Notes under the pieces: model-generated | What the model was told of the DNA's origin: nothing | Seen by the model: only the letters and a program-made list of their open reading frames with translations | Databases searched by the model: none | Shown here: positions 43,365 to 53,444 of the stretch, in pieces | Numbering within the stretch: position 1 is the first letter of the stretch | How the letters are laid out: each line of letters begins with the position of its first letter | Translations under genes and position numbers: made by a program | IMG/VR virus record: IMGVR_UViG_3300027782_000035 | Reading direction: 5' to 3' (one strand) | DNA: 64,000 bases | Source: a virus

Positions 43365-43843
43365 TTATAACTCTGGTTGAAAGGCTGGAGCAGGTGCGGG
43401 TTTACCTCCGAAGCCTGTGACAATTTGAGGCTGAGATACGCTTCCAAAGCTATTTCCGCCTCCCATTGGTTGCGATCCAAAACTGTTTGTTGGCGTAGAA
43501 AAGCTAGATGTTGTAGAGAGGCCTGGTGTAGAGGATGTCGTTGGTGCATTTGGTGGTGGTCCTGAAACTACTGGTGGTTTATTAGCCGCATCAAGTGCTT
43601 TTGCTCTCAAGTCTTTATCGTTACCAGCCAACATAATACCAGATAAAGTACCAGTTAAAAATGTCGCAATTGGAATAATCAACTCAAAAAATTTCTGGTC
43701 AATAGGACTAATGGCATTCAATGGTTGTGTCACAAAGATTAACGAATATAGTACAACAAATACAATGCCAAATAATGTCAATGATAGACAAATGCCGATA
43801 AAGAATTTTAATCGAGCCATTAGTTGCTCTTCAGTATACATAA
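43365..43843 (-). CDS. Membrane protein with Pro/Ser-rich tail
   Basis: Two TM helices; start uncertain. Confidence 0.65.
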
Positions 43844-43854
43844 TGTCGGGTTGA

Positions 43855-44172
43855 TTATTTTCCACAGTTTGCTCCTTGTGATGTAGGCGCTGCCACACAC
43901 GCTGGAGTGGCTGGCGTAAATGATTGTACAGGTGTTTGAGTTGATCCATCTTTTGGGGGTCCTAATCTTGGGTCACGTTGACCTTTAAAAATGTGTTCGG
44001 GACATTCTCTTCGAACATCACATGTAGGCATTTTGCACATATCCTTATCCCAATTTGCAGGATCCTGACATGGATAGCGGAATCTATCACCGCTGAATAT
44101 TGCTAAGGTTAATGGCAATAATAGTAATAGAAACAACCATCTTACTAATTTAATATCGTTATGAGATGACAT
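43855..44172 (-). CDS. Cys-rich exported protein
   Basis: RYPCQDP.NW...C..P.C....CP. Confidence 0.65.
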   Translation of the reverse strand: MSSHNDIKLVRWLFLLLLLPLTLAIFSGDRFRYPCQDPANWDKDMCKMPTCDVRRECPEHIFKGQRDPRLGPPKDGSTQTPVQSFTPATPACVAAPTSQGANCGK

Positions 44173-44177
44173 ATGTA

Positions 44178-44801
44178 TTAAACTCCTAAAACGTGTAAGG
44201 CGTGTTCATAATGTTTAATACGATCTTCAAGTCCAATGGTACCGCCGTTGATTCGTTTTGTCAATGTAACGATATCGCCTTTGTCGGCCCATTGATTTAA
44301 ATTGTTTGTTTCCCAGAACCAGCAAGCTGATTGGGCTGCACCTTCAAATGTAGCCATGTACTCTGCGGCTTCTTCTACAGAAATTTGTAGTGAGCCAGCA
44401 AAGAATGTATAATTATCTTTACCAGTCAACTGAATTAGACCACGACCACGGTATCTGTATCCATCACCAGAAGATTCATCGCCATTGCCCATGCGTGATG
44501 CATAGATTTTGTTTGCGATAGCTTCTTGTTTGTTTGGCTTAGAGCAATACTGTGTCGCAATCTCATCATTAGGAAAATACTTAGCAAACAACTTGCGTAG
44601 AGTTGGTGGCTTATAGTTTAGATTTTCTTGTAGTGCAGTAAAACCACCAGATTCATGTGAACATTGCGCAATGAAAGCTGCAATGCGTTTTGCATTATTG
44701 ATTTCGTAATCTGGTAGCAATTGTGAAAGCGCATGATGCCAATGCTCTACGTATGGATTTTTTGGCAATAGCTGCTTTAGTTGTTCTAATGTTAATTCCA
44801 T
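44178..44801 (-). CDS. Endolysin, glycoside hydrolase family 19
   Basis: AQ..HESG, ENLNY, YRGRGLIQLTG..NY, RINGG. Confidence 0.92.
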   Translation of the reverse strand: MELTLEQLKQLLPKNPYVEHWHHALSQLLPDYEINNAKRIAAFIAQCSHESGGFTALQENLNYKPPTLRKLFAKYFPNDEIATQYCSKPNKQEAIANKIYASRMGNGDESSGDGYRYRGRGLIQLTGKDNYTFFAGSLQISVEEAAEYMATFEGAAQSACWFWETNNLNQWADKGDIVTLTKRINGGTIGLEDRIKHYEHALHVLGV

Positions 44802-44809
44802 GGCAATCC

Positions 44810-45079
44810 TTATTTGTTAAATACTTCATCATGTATCGCCTTTTGATCGTTGATCCATTTCACGAGTAAATCGTGTTTTGCCGCACAATCGTAGTAAAGC
44901 GAGTAGTTTTTAGTAACTGCTTTCAAAAATTCAGTTAATTGTTCTTCATTCTCATTAAGTTTATATAAATCAATGCATTTCTCTGAAATTACTTCAGGAA
45001 GTTTTGGAAATTGGTGTTTGACTGGTGTAGCAACACAACCAGCCAATAAAAATAAGCAAGCAATTAAACTATATTTCAT
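44810..45079 (-). CDS. o-spanin-like lipoprotein
   Basis: LLAGC lipobox; Pro/Cys; next to the endolysin. Confidence 0.75.
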   Translation of the reverse strand: MKYSLIACLFLLAGCVATPVKHQFPKLPEVISEKCIDLYKLNENEEQLTEFLKAVTKNYSLYYDCAAKHDLLVKWINDQKAIHDEVFNK

Positions 45080-45513
45080 TTCGGGGCCTTTGCTGCTTCA
45101 TTATGTAGTGTAATCACTTCCTTTGGCAGTTTACAAACTTCATTATACTTAGTGATTTCACGATCTATATATCGAATTTGTTCTTCGCCTTTTTCGCGTA
45201 TAACTTCTCGTTTCGTAATATATTTAGTAACTACTTCAGTGCTAACTTTCTCAGACTTAACTTGAGATTCGGCGTATTGTTTTTCTAGTTCAGCTACGCG
45301 ATCTTTCCACTTCTGTTCATTTGCAATAACACCTGACATATAAACGCCAAGTGCGATCATTGCTACAGACGCTAACTGAATAGGAGTCTTGTAGATAAAG
45401 ATCGCAGGAATAGGAATAAAGCGAAGAAAATAAGTTACAACTAAGCCTACTAAACCCATGCTTAGTATTGCGTAAAAAATCCAGTCAGGAAGTAATTGTA
45501 ATACCCATAACAT
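45076..45513 (-). CDS. i-spanin-like membrane protein
   Basis: N-terminal TM helices, coiled coil, C-terminal Cys; coupled to the lipoprotein. Confidence 0.7.
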   Translation of the reverse strand: MLWVLQLLPDWIFYAILSMGLVGLVVTYFLRFIPIPAIFIYKTPIQLASVAMIALGVYMSGVIANEQKWKDRVAELEKQYAESQVKSEKVSTEVVTKYITKREVIREKGEEQIRYIDREITKYNEVCKLPKEVITLHNEAAKAPK

Positions 45514-45524
45514 GTCTTATTCCA

Positions 45525-46019
45525 TTATTTCTTAGAGTCGTTATCAAACTGTTTGAAAGTTGCTTTCATGATACCTTTGAAACGCTTATGGCCTAGATCA
45601 TATTTTCCAGCTTTATCTGCAGCTGTAGCAGCCATACCAGCTTTTTCTTTGTAACGAGCTAATAAGTCAGAAGACAATTCATTAACTGATTCTTCTTCCA
45701 CTGTTTTTTGCGAGTACATATAATCACATGCTGTTTGCACATAATCTTGTGCTAAAGTAATTTTAGATTGAACCCACTCAGGAAGATTATCGTTTTTGCT
45801 TAATTGATCATGCAATTCTTGTGCATGGTAGATAATAGTACGTAGCTGTGCCATGACCATATCGCCTTCTTGGTCATATTCACCAGCATCTTTAGCTTCT
45901 ACTACAGCTTTCTTTTTTTCTTTCTTTTTAGCATCATCAGCTTTCTTTTGACGAGCTTGAATAGATTGATCGTATTTTGGTTCATCCATAGGTCTAAAGG
46001 ATTCTTTAAATGTTTTCAT
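45525..46019 (-). CDS. Putative internal head protein
   Basis: MKTFKE N-terminus; LPEWVQSKIT.A.DY; VNELS..L..Y repeat. Confidence 0.6.
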   Translation of the reverse strand: MKTFKESFRPMDEPKYDQSIQARQKKADDAKKKEKKKAVVEAKDAGEYDQEGDMVMAQLRTIIYHAQELHDQLSKNDNLPEWVQSKITLAQDYVQTACDYMYSQKTVEEESVNELSSDLLARYKEKAGMAATAADKAGKYDLGHKRFKGIMKATFKQFDNDSKK

Positions 46020-46561
46020 TGTCCCACCTGTACGTTCTTTTTTCTACGAACCATGTAGTCTGGAATTCCTACGATTCCAGATATAGGTTTATTCTTTTTT
46101 AACTTAATCGCAGCTTGATCTGTTGAAGTAGAAGTGCCTGTAGTATTTACTATAGCGCCATCTTCATGGAGTTTCATAAACTTTTCTATAAGAATCTCTT
46201 CTTCTACTAAAGTAATATTACTACCTTCTAGAAGATCGATTGTTTCTTGCAGTTCACCTTGAGTTATTTTTCTTCCATTGACATAAGACTCTTTGATAAG
46301 CCAATACGCTGCGACAAGACTCTTAAGTTTATTGTCACCACCAGGAAGTTTAGCAAGGATGCGCTTTAAAGAAAACACTAGTTTGTCGAGTTGAGTATAG
46401 GAATCTTTTTCATCTTCGGTTTTAAGATCGCGCGTCTTCTTAAGAGGCTTACCATCCTTATCGATGATCCCGTATTTGTATGCTTGCGTTTTCTCGAATG
46501 GAGTAACGAGCATATACAAAATCTTAAAAGCTATAAGATTATTGATAATTCTACCAGCCAT
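46016..46561 (-). CDS. Conserved T4-like hypothetical protein
   Basis: L.TPF.K..AY..GIID..G. Confidence 0.7.
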   Translation of the reverse strand: MAGRIINNLIAFKILYMLVTPFEKTQAYKYGIIDKDGKPLKKTRDLKTEDEKDSYTQLDKLVFSLKRILAKLPGGDNKLKSLVAAYWLIKESYVNGRKITQGELQETIDLLEGSNITLVEEEILIEKFMKLHEDGAIVNTTGTSTSTDQAAIKLKKNKPISGIVGIPDYMVRRKKNVQVGQ

Positions 46562-46932
46562 TAAAGTTTCCTTAAAGCTATTACTACATCTTTGTCTAAA
46601 ACAATGTTAGACAACTTAATTCCACATTCTTCTATCTCGTCGGGCATTCTATTAAGATATACTAGAAAGGTGACTAATATAGGCCAGTCTTCTTCATCTA
46701 TCTTTAAGAATAACATCTTGGTGAGAGCATCGCCAAACAAATTATAAAGAACTATAATATGATTGAGAATAAGTCTTTCTCTTAGTTCTGCACTGCTCTT
46801 ATATCTTGAAAATAATTTCTTAAGATATAAGAGCCTTTTCAGATCTTCTTCAAATTCTTGTACGCTATGACACTGCGGATTATCATAGTGATGCATAGCA
46901 TACAAGAGAAAATTACCATCATTCAATTTCAT
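46561..46932 (-). CDS. Conserved T4-like hypothetical protein
   Basis: YDNP.C....F.EDL, RLILNHII.LYN.FG. Confidence 0.75.
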   Translation of the reverse strand: MKLNDGNFLLYAMHHYDNPQCHSVQEFEEDLKRLLYLKKLFSRYKSSAELRERLILNHIIVLYNLFGDALTKMLFLKIDEEDWPILVTFLVYLNRMPDEIEECGIKLSNIVLDKDVVIALRKL

Positions 46933-46959
46933 AATAAGTAGGGACCGAAGCCCCTATAA

Positions 46960-47520
46960 TTAGGTACCGAATGTTAATGTTGCTGCGTCGGAATTAACCT
47001 TAACTGCACCAGTTGTAGAAGATACTACTACACGATATTGAGAAGCGCTATCGGCAGAAACTTGTCCTGTTAAAGCAAGTGTAGCATTGGTTGCGCTAGC
47101 AACGTTAGCCCAGCGTGCTGTTGAGCTAGCACGCTTTTGCCATTGATACGTCGGTGAACCTGTAGAAGAAGTTGCAGTAACTCCAAAGGTTGCTCCACCT
47201 GAGCTTGTTGTTTGATTAGCCGGTTGTACGCTAATAGTGATAGATACTTCTGTATCAGCGACGATAGTATCGTCAGCTGCATCACCTGATGTTGCATTAG
47301 CAACTGACATTGCAATTAGCAATTCAGATTTATAGCGTGATTCGCCATTAGAACCTTTGTATTCATCGACTAACCACCAACCCGCGCCAAGGATACCCTT
47401 GTCTTTGTTAGTCTTTAGTAGTGCTTCTTCTCTAGAAACGAATACTGCTTTTGCTTTGTCTGCAGTAGATAGGTACTTTGGTTTGCTACCTGTTGCGTCT
47501 GTGTTTCCCCATAGTGGCAT
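46960..47520 (-). CDS. Virion protein with Ig-like domain
   Basis: MPLWG start; I..QP, YQWQ, YRVVV. Confidence 0.7.
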   Translation of the reverse strand: MPLWGNTDATGSKPKYLSTADKAKAVFVSREEALLKTNKDKGILGAGWWLVDEYKGSNGESRYKSELLIAMSVANATSGDAADDTIVADTEVSITISVQPANQTTSSGGATFGVTATSSTGSPTYQWQKRASSTARWANVASATNATLALTGQVSADSASQYRVVVSSTTGAVKVNSDAATLTFGT

Positions 47521-47535
47521 GGTTTTCTCCTTGAA

Positions 47536-48756
47536 TTATTTGGTTAATTTATTAATCGCTTGGTCGACGCCTTCACGACGCTTCCAAGATTTAGCTTTAT
47601 ACTTATCAGCAAGTGATGTAGAGGCAGCTTTCATTCCAGGGCTTCTTGCTTTCTTTGCCTGATTTTCAAAATCAGCTCCTATTTTACGAGTAATCGTAGA
47701 ATCACGTGATGCTTTCTTAGCATAATCACCTAATGTCGTTTTGCTTAGTTCATCTAATTGCTCATATTGTTCCATGAAAGAATCAAATCCTTCTTCCATT
47801 ATAGAGTCAAATGTTTCTTCATCTAATGCAATTAGGAACTCTACAGCCTCGGCGAACTTATCTTTCTTTGGACGTCCTCTACCGCGCTTTGGTTCATCCT
47901 TTGCTTTCTCAGCAGTATCATTATCGGCGAATCTGCGTGTTGCGACTACGCCTGTAGAAGTTTTCTTGATATCGTGACGAGCACCAGCACCAGTTACACG
48001 ATCAGTATCAAATTTCTTTTTATACTCTGGTGTTCCTGGCCATAAAGCTTCGTCAACAGTATCTTCTTTACGAAGAAGTTTAAAGTCGTGTTTGTCAAGC
48101 TTGCCGTTCTTATTTTTGTCAAGATCGTGTTGATTGCCCTTAAGTTCTTCTTTCGTAGTGTGCTGTTCAATAAAAGATTTATACGATTTCTTTTCTTCCT
48201 TCATTTCTTCTTCTCCTTTGTTGAAGATGATTTTGTGAGCTTTGTGCTTGCGGCCCTTTTTGTCTAGTTTATAGTCATCGCTATCTTGTTCAGTCTCTTC
48301 ATTGAAGTGACTATGAGCCACTGTTGTTTTTGTTGAAGAAGTCTTTGGGCGTGTTAAGTGAACTTTGTCACCTTCACGATGTGCATGAACATTACTATTA
48401 GTCTCATCTTTAAAAGAAGTCTTTTCGCCATCTTTTAATTTCTTAATAGCGCTTTGATGTTCTGGATGTAGAGGATATGATGTACTTGAACCATGATGTA
48501 CAGTTACCATCTTACCCCAGCTATACTTATCTTTCTTGACAGTTACTGCTTCATCTAGTTCAATCTCTTCATTGGCTTTACGAAGAGCTTTCTGTATTGC
48601 GGGATGATCAGATAGACCGGGCTTTAGTTTATCCATAGCCTTAGTGGCACCTGTCATATTTCCACCAACATAACGTTTGTCATTAGCAATACCAATGCCC
48701 TGTTTGACATCTTTTTGAGTCATGCGTTTTTCTAAAATTTTTGTTATAACCGACAT
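47536..48756 (-). CDS. Modular charged protein, putative internal head protein
   Basis: Repeated (L/V)DE junctions, EF-hand-like DKNKNGKLD, RGRGRP. Confidence 0.6.
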   Translation of the reverse strand: MSVITKILEKRMTQKDVKQGIGIANDKRYVGGNMTGATKAMDKLKPGLSDHPAIQKALRKANEEIELDEAVTVKKDKYSWGKMVTVHHGSSTSYPLHPEHQSAIKKLKDGEKTSFKDETNSNVHAHREGDKVHLTRPKTSSTKTTVAHSHFNEETEQDSDDYKLDKKGRKHKAHKIIFNKGEEEMKEEKKSYKSFIEQHTTKEELKGNQHDLDKNKNGKLDKHDFKLLRKEDTVDEALWPGTPEYKKKFDTDRVTGAGARHDIKKTSTGVVATRRFADNDTAEKAKDEPKRGRGRPKKDKFAEAVEFLIALDEETFDSIMEEGFDSFMEQYEQLDELSKTTLGDYAKKASRDSTITRKIGADFENQAKKARSPGMKAASTSLADKYKAKSWKRREGVDQAINKLTK

Positions 48757-49209
48757 TTATACTCCTTTTAAGGATGCTGTTATCATCCATGCGTGTTTTT
48801 TATGCGTATCAATTCTTTCGGCAATGAAATTGGCCAAGCCTTGTTCATTAGCTGAAGATGCAAGCGCAAATGTTTTGTTGAGACAATCAATAACTTCGTT
48901 ATTGTCTGTTGCTAAACTATTTAGCATATCTTTCACGGTATTGTCTACAATAGCTGTATTTTCAGTTAAAGTAGAATATGTATATAATTCTGTTAAGCTC
49001 CTTGGAGCATATGCTCCAAGCTTTCTAATATTTTCTGCAAATGGATCTATGGCGTCATATAAGTCAAGGTAGAGATTGCCAAAGAAATCGTGATACTGGC
49101 TGAAGTGTATTCCTTCAACGTTCCAGTGAAAACCTTGTGTCTTATAATGCATTACAGCTGTATTCGCCAGACAGCTTTTAAGTGAATTCGTTAGTTCATT
49201 CATTTTCAA
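48757..49209 (-). CDS. dps: Dps ferritin-like DNA-protection protein
   Basis: FHWNV.G..F...H..F, D..AE.IR.LG, H.K..WM. Confidence 0.92.
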   Translation of the reverse strand: MKMNELTNSLKSCLANTAVMHYKTQGFHWNVEGIHFSQYHDFFGNLYLDLYDAIDPFAENIRKLGAYAPRSLTELYTYSTLTENTAIVDNTVKDMLNSLATDNNEVIDCLNKTFALASSANEQGLANFIAERIDTHKKHAWMITASLKGV

Positions 49210-49215
49210 TACCTA

Positions 49216-50961
49216 TTATTTGGTGTACGTTTTGTGTGTTAAACGATCATTCTCTACTCTGCGTACTCTTGGTACTAGCTTCATAGCAATTCTATTTAAT
49301 ACTGTTTTTCTTTTTTGAATTGTACGTTCAATTCTTTCCTTCTCTGCAACAGATAATGTACTTAGAGGTTTTCTTGCTAATCTTTGTTTCATTAGATTAA
49401 CAGCAAGTCTACGTGCTCTATTATTAATTACCTTATTACTGGAGCGCATATTTAGTGCAATCTTTTGTCTACGAGTGCGCTTAGCTTGCGTCTTTGCAAA
49501 TCTCATTTTTGCTTTAATTCTTTCGCTACGGGAAAGAACTTCCATGATGACTTCTTCTTTAACGTCAATTATATGCTCTCCAGTTTCATCATCAATGATT
49601 GACAGTTCTTCGTCATCGTATGCTTCTAGATAATCATCATCAGTCATACTGCTTATCATATCATCAATGTCTTTATCTTGGAAACCAGATTCGCCTTCGC
49701 CAACATCAGCGCCAATATCTATATCATCTTCTGTACCAAGTGAAGCTTCACCTAGCTTGTATTTAATTTTCATTCTGCGGTGAGTATCTGTATTTCCGCT
49801 AAGCGATGAACCTACTTTAGTATGACCTTCTTTATCAGAATGTTCTGCTTCTTGATCAGACTCATTATCCTTTACAGTATTCTTTGTAGCAACTTCTTCT
49901 GCTACTTTACCTGCTACTATTTTACGATCGTATTTGATTCCAGCATCAGTAGCCATCTGTAACATATTGCTAATGATAGACCATGCTTCTGGTGTAAGGC
50001 GCTTGTTTTTAATTGCACGCAATCCTTGATTGACCATGTTTTCTGGTCCGCTCTTTTCATCTACATCTGTTACTCCCAGTGATGATGCCACTATTCGAGC
50101 GACTTTAATTTTATCTGCTGGAGAGAATTTCATTTCTTGTAATCCCTGTTTGAATTGTTTGTCAGACATTTGAATATCCTGCGGCCACTTGCTTATTAAT
50201 TCACCTTGTTCATTCTGAAGTAGCAAGTGGTTTGAACCGCGTTTAACTATCTTATATACCACGCCTTCAGACTCTACTATCTCATCAATATGAAATATCT
50301 CGCCAGCAAAATACTTTTCGCGAAGTTCATTAGTTTCAAACTTAACTTGTTCTTTTACTGCTTCTACGCCCATGCCTTCGCGAATCTCATTCATTAAACG
50401 CTTGCCGTCTAAATCAGTAAGTGTATGAGGTAAGCCTTTTTTGAAGGAAGTATAATCACCTTTCTTTGCAGCTTCTCTCATCTTAGTGCCTGACATACCT
50501 GAAGCAGTGTCAGCATCTGGATCACGTTCTCCAGCAGATACTACTTCTACCGTATCAAAGTTGAATACATCGCCGTTATACTTGTTAAGAAGTTTAGTAT
50601 ACTCTGGAACGCGATCAGAACCAGCGATCATTACTAAATTTTTATATTTTTTGGAAAGAAACTTTGCTGCTTCCATGAATGTTCTAATCTCTTCGCTTGC
50701 TGCAGCAAAGTTAGTCCTAGGAAACATTCTTTTAAGGTAATATACCTTACGATCTACTGGAAGTGGATTGGATTTTTTGTCATGAGTTCGTGATGCGAAT
50801 ATGACATGATCTGCCTTCTGTGCAGAGGCAATTCTTTTGACTGCATTAACTAGTAGTTCATGCCCTGTAGTAGGAGGTTGAAATCTACCAAATGCAAATA
50901 CGACTTTTTTAGAGGGCAACTCTTTAACGAGTTGTCTATATTTTTTCATATGCTCCATCAA
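49216..50961 (-). CDS. Cytidylyltransferase-domain protein with long C-terminal extension
   Basis: FGRFQPPTTGH, AGSDR, SAGERDPD, MSGTKMR. Confidence 0.85.
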   Translation of the reverse strand: MMEHMKKYRQLVKELPSKKVVFAFGRFQPPTTGHELLVNAVKRIASAQKADHVIFASRTHDKKSNPLPVDRKVYYLKRMFPRTNFAAASEEIRTFMEAAKFLSKKYKNLVMIAGSDRVPEYTKLLNKYNGDVFNFDTVEVVSAGERDPDADTASGMSGTKMREAAKKGDYTSFKKGLPHTLTDLDGKRLMNEIREGMGVEAVKEQVKFETNELREKYFAGEIFHIDEIVESEGVVYKIVKRGSNHLLLQNEQGELISKWPQDIQMSDKQFKQGLQEMKFSPADKIKVARIVASSLGVTDVDEKSGPENMVNQGLRAIKNKRLTPEAWSIISNMLQMATDAGIKYDRKIVAGKVAEEVATKNTVKDNESDQEAEHSDKEGHTKVGSSLSGNTDTHRRMKIKYKLGEASLGTEDDIDIGADVGEGESGFQDKDIDDMISSMTDDDYLEAYDDEELSIIDDETGEHIIDVKEEVIMEVLSRSERIKAKMRFAKTQAKRTRRQKIALNMRSSNKVINNRARRLAVNLMKQRLARKPLSTLSVAEKERIERTIQKRKTVLNRIAMKLVPRVRRVENDRLTHKTYTK

Positions 50962-50978
50962 TTATTAAACTGTACTAC

Positions 50979-51215
50979 TTATTTATTCTTTTCGTGTTCT
51001 TGGTTATCAAAATCAGGTAACATCTTTGGAGTTACCGGTGACTCACCTGGAGTCATCTTCTTACGATGTAGGGTAAGTTTATCAGTGCCTTCATAACCAA
51101 TGTTATTTTCTTCTTTTATACAAGAACCCGGAGCGCATGGCTTAGTTCCCGGCTTACGCTTGTAGTTTTTCCAACAATCGCAAGCTTCTTTAAAAAAATG
51201 TTTAAACGCTAACAT
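50979..51215 (-). CDS. Small putative internal head protein
   Basis: MLAFKHFFKE start; CW..Y...C repeat; TPGE. Confidence 0.55.
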   Translation of the reverse strand: MLAFKHFFKEACDCWKNYKRKPGTKPCAPGSCIKEENNIGYEGTDKLTLHRKKMTPGESPVTPKMLPDFDNQEHEKNK

Positions 51216-52144
51216 TAGCAATTCCACTTTCTAAGAGCTTTATTAATTCTAGAATCAGGATCTTTGGCAGTCTTAGCAGAAGTTAGCTTACTCTTCATAC
51301 CACCCATTCTAGCACAGAAAGACTTACGACGATTTGCTGCTTTGCTACCAGCTTTTAATTCTGATGGTGGAGTGGTGACTGGTGCTTGTAAGTGAGCACC
51401 TTTAGCATTGTATGCGTCACGACCTTTTTGTGTTAGACCACCAGTAGAACTTTTGTGTCCCTTAGCGTCAACTGCAGCTTCGTATAACTCTTCATCATCA
51501 ATTGACTCAAACTTTTCCCAAATGACTTCTGGGTCAATGTTATGCTTGTTTGCTAACTCTGTAACCATTTCTTCGATAAGGTCAAACTGCTCATCAGCTG
51601 ATAGTTCTTCTTTAATGTTTTTACCATAGATAACTTTTGATGATGATTTCATTGGCTTCTTCCACTTTGCATTATAAGCATCACGACTCATAGCACCCTT
51701 CATCATCTTTTCAAAATCCATCTTTTGTTGTGGAGTTTGTGCTTCGTCTAGTTCTTCAGATAACCCCATAGCTGTGGCTACCTTTTTGTCGCCATGCTTG
51801 TGTCGTAGATATGCTGAAATTGCATGATCTTTAGTACGATATTCTGAAGTGTCGACTATCTTTTGTTGCCCTTTGATCATGGTACGTAAAGTCTTAATGT
51901 CATGTTGCTTCAATGCTTTGTATTCTTTTGCGACTGGATGCTCCGGATCTATCGCTTCACCAAGATCAAATTGTTCTTTAACTTTGGTCTGAGATGCTTT
52001 AAAGTCAGCAGCAGTTGGACGACCCTTTTCACCGGGTTTACGCATACGTTCGCCAGAACCAGCTTTAATTCTTTTACGTTTAGCGTGAATATTATCCCAT
52101 AATCCACGCTCACCTTCTTCTAGGTAACTTTTAAACGATATCAT
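51215..52144 (-). CDS. Modular putative internal head protein
   Basis: MISFKSYLEE; GLW.NIHAKR; RRKSFCARM...RKWNC. Confidence 0.65.
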   Translation of the reverse strand: MISFKSYLEEGERGLWDNIHAKRKRIKAGSGERMRKPGEKGRPTAADFKASQTKVKEQFDLGEAIDPEHPVAKEYKALKQHDIKTLRTMIKGQQKIVDTSEYRTKDHAISAYLRHKHGDKKVATAMGLSEELDEAQTPQQKMDFEKMMKGAMSRDAYNAKWKKPMKSSSKVIYGKNIKEELSADEQFDLIEEMVTELANKHNIDPEVIWEKFESIDDEELYEAAVDAKGHKSSTGGLTQKGRDAYNAKGAHLQAPVTTPPSELKAGSKAANRRKSFCARMGGMKSKLTSAKTAKDPDSRINKALRKWNC

Positions 52145-53370
52145 CTTTGCCATCCTTTTATTATGTCGGCTGAGAAATTAGCCTTACTGAATTCCATACG
52201 ATCTACGATCTTTACTGCTCCACCGGTGAGGTGATCAATAGCAACAAATCCTTCTACGCCAGTTGTTTTAAATCCACTTGCTGTTCTAAGGAAAGTACTA
52301 ATGTGACCAGCTTGATTCATTTTATTTATGATCATTGCTTTTGCTTCAACTAATACATTGACTAAATCGAATATAGCTACGATCTGATTTTGGTCATGAT
52401 GTGCAAAGAAGTTTAAGACTTTCTTTCTCTTATCGTCTTGTGCTTTCTTTCCTGCTGGTGTTGATCGCTTTTCAATTTCTTTTTCATACTTGTCGTGAAT
52501 ATAGTGAAATAGTTCACGCACATGGGTTTTAGTATCAACAATTTGTTCTGACTTTTTAATCTTAGAATTGTTGAACGTTTTAACTGCAAGTAGTAAGTCT
52601 TCATCGCCGCTTATCCCATTTAGAGTTGGTGCGCTGATAGAACTAAATAACTTACCAGCACGTGACAAAACTTCTGTTACCTTCTTCGTTTCTTCAGCAG
52701 TAAAGGTAGCAGTACCGGAATAATCATGATAGTTTGCGTCGTCCATCCATATACTCGGAACGGCTGTAAACTTGTCTACAATCGTTTTGCCAAAGCTAGC
52801 GCTCATAGATTCAAATGAATTACCTGTATATGTAGTATGCCATACTACTCCAATCTTGGCAGAACGTATCTTCTTGCCAAGTTCCGAGTTAAATGGAACT
52901 GCATATACAATAGTGTTTGGGTGGAAGGTGATATACTTTTCACCATCGATAGTCTCAGTCTTCTTATCATTAGTAAACATCAAGTCACCTTGATATACAC
53001 CTGATTTTATACCGAGTTTTGAAAGTTCTTTTAATGCTGTCTTAAACTTCTCGGCTAAATCGCCAGAAGTATCTGCATCAATTTCTTTTGGTGTCTTGTA
53101 GATTTTAGGTTCTTTGTTAAAGACGCCCTTCTTAGCAACAAAGAATTTTCCATCGCGTGGATCTATACCAGCGAAAATAGCAGGAGCTCCGTCCCACTTT
53201 ACCGTTGCAGTAATTTTACTTTTGCTATGACCAGCAAGCATGTCGCGAAGAGATAGAAGGAATGCAATCGCTTTGCGCGTACCAGTTACACCTTCGTTGA
53301 AGACGAGATCTTCAACGTGTTCCATGTGCGTATTTTTTTCTTCTTTTATGAACTCTTTTAATTTTAGCAT
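52141..53370 (-). CDS. Conserved T4-like protein with ligase-like nucleotidyltransferase motifs
   Basis: H.EH.ED, TVKWDGAP, QGD, EGFV, K.VDR.EFS. Confidence 0.7.
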   Translation of the reverse strand: MLKLKEFIKEEKNTHMEHVEDLVFNEGVTGTRKAIAFLLSLRDMLAGHSKSKITATVKWDGAPAIFAGIDPRDGKFFVAKKGVFNKEPKIYKTPKEIDADTSGDLAEKFKTALKELSKLGIKSGVYQGDLMFTNDKKTETIDGEKYITFHPNTIVYAVPFNSELGKKIRSAKIGVVWHTTYTGNSFESMSASFGKTIVDKFTAVPSIWMDDANYHDYSGTATFTAEETKKVTEVLSRAGKLFSSISAPTLNGISGDEDLLLAVKTFNNSKIKKSEQIVDTKTHVRELFHYIHDKYEKEIEKRSTPAGKKAQDDKRKKVLNFFAHHDQNQIVAIFDLVNVLVEAKAMIINKMNQAGHISTFLRTASGFKTTGVEGFVAIDHLTGGAVKIVDRMEFSKANFSADIIKGWQR

Positions 53371-53444
53371 TTTGTCTTTATAGTATTATTATACCACAAA
53401 TTTGATTTATTGTACATATAGAACTAAAGTAATACTTTAACATA

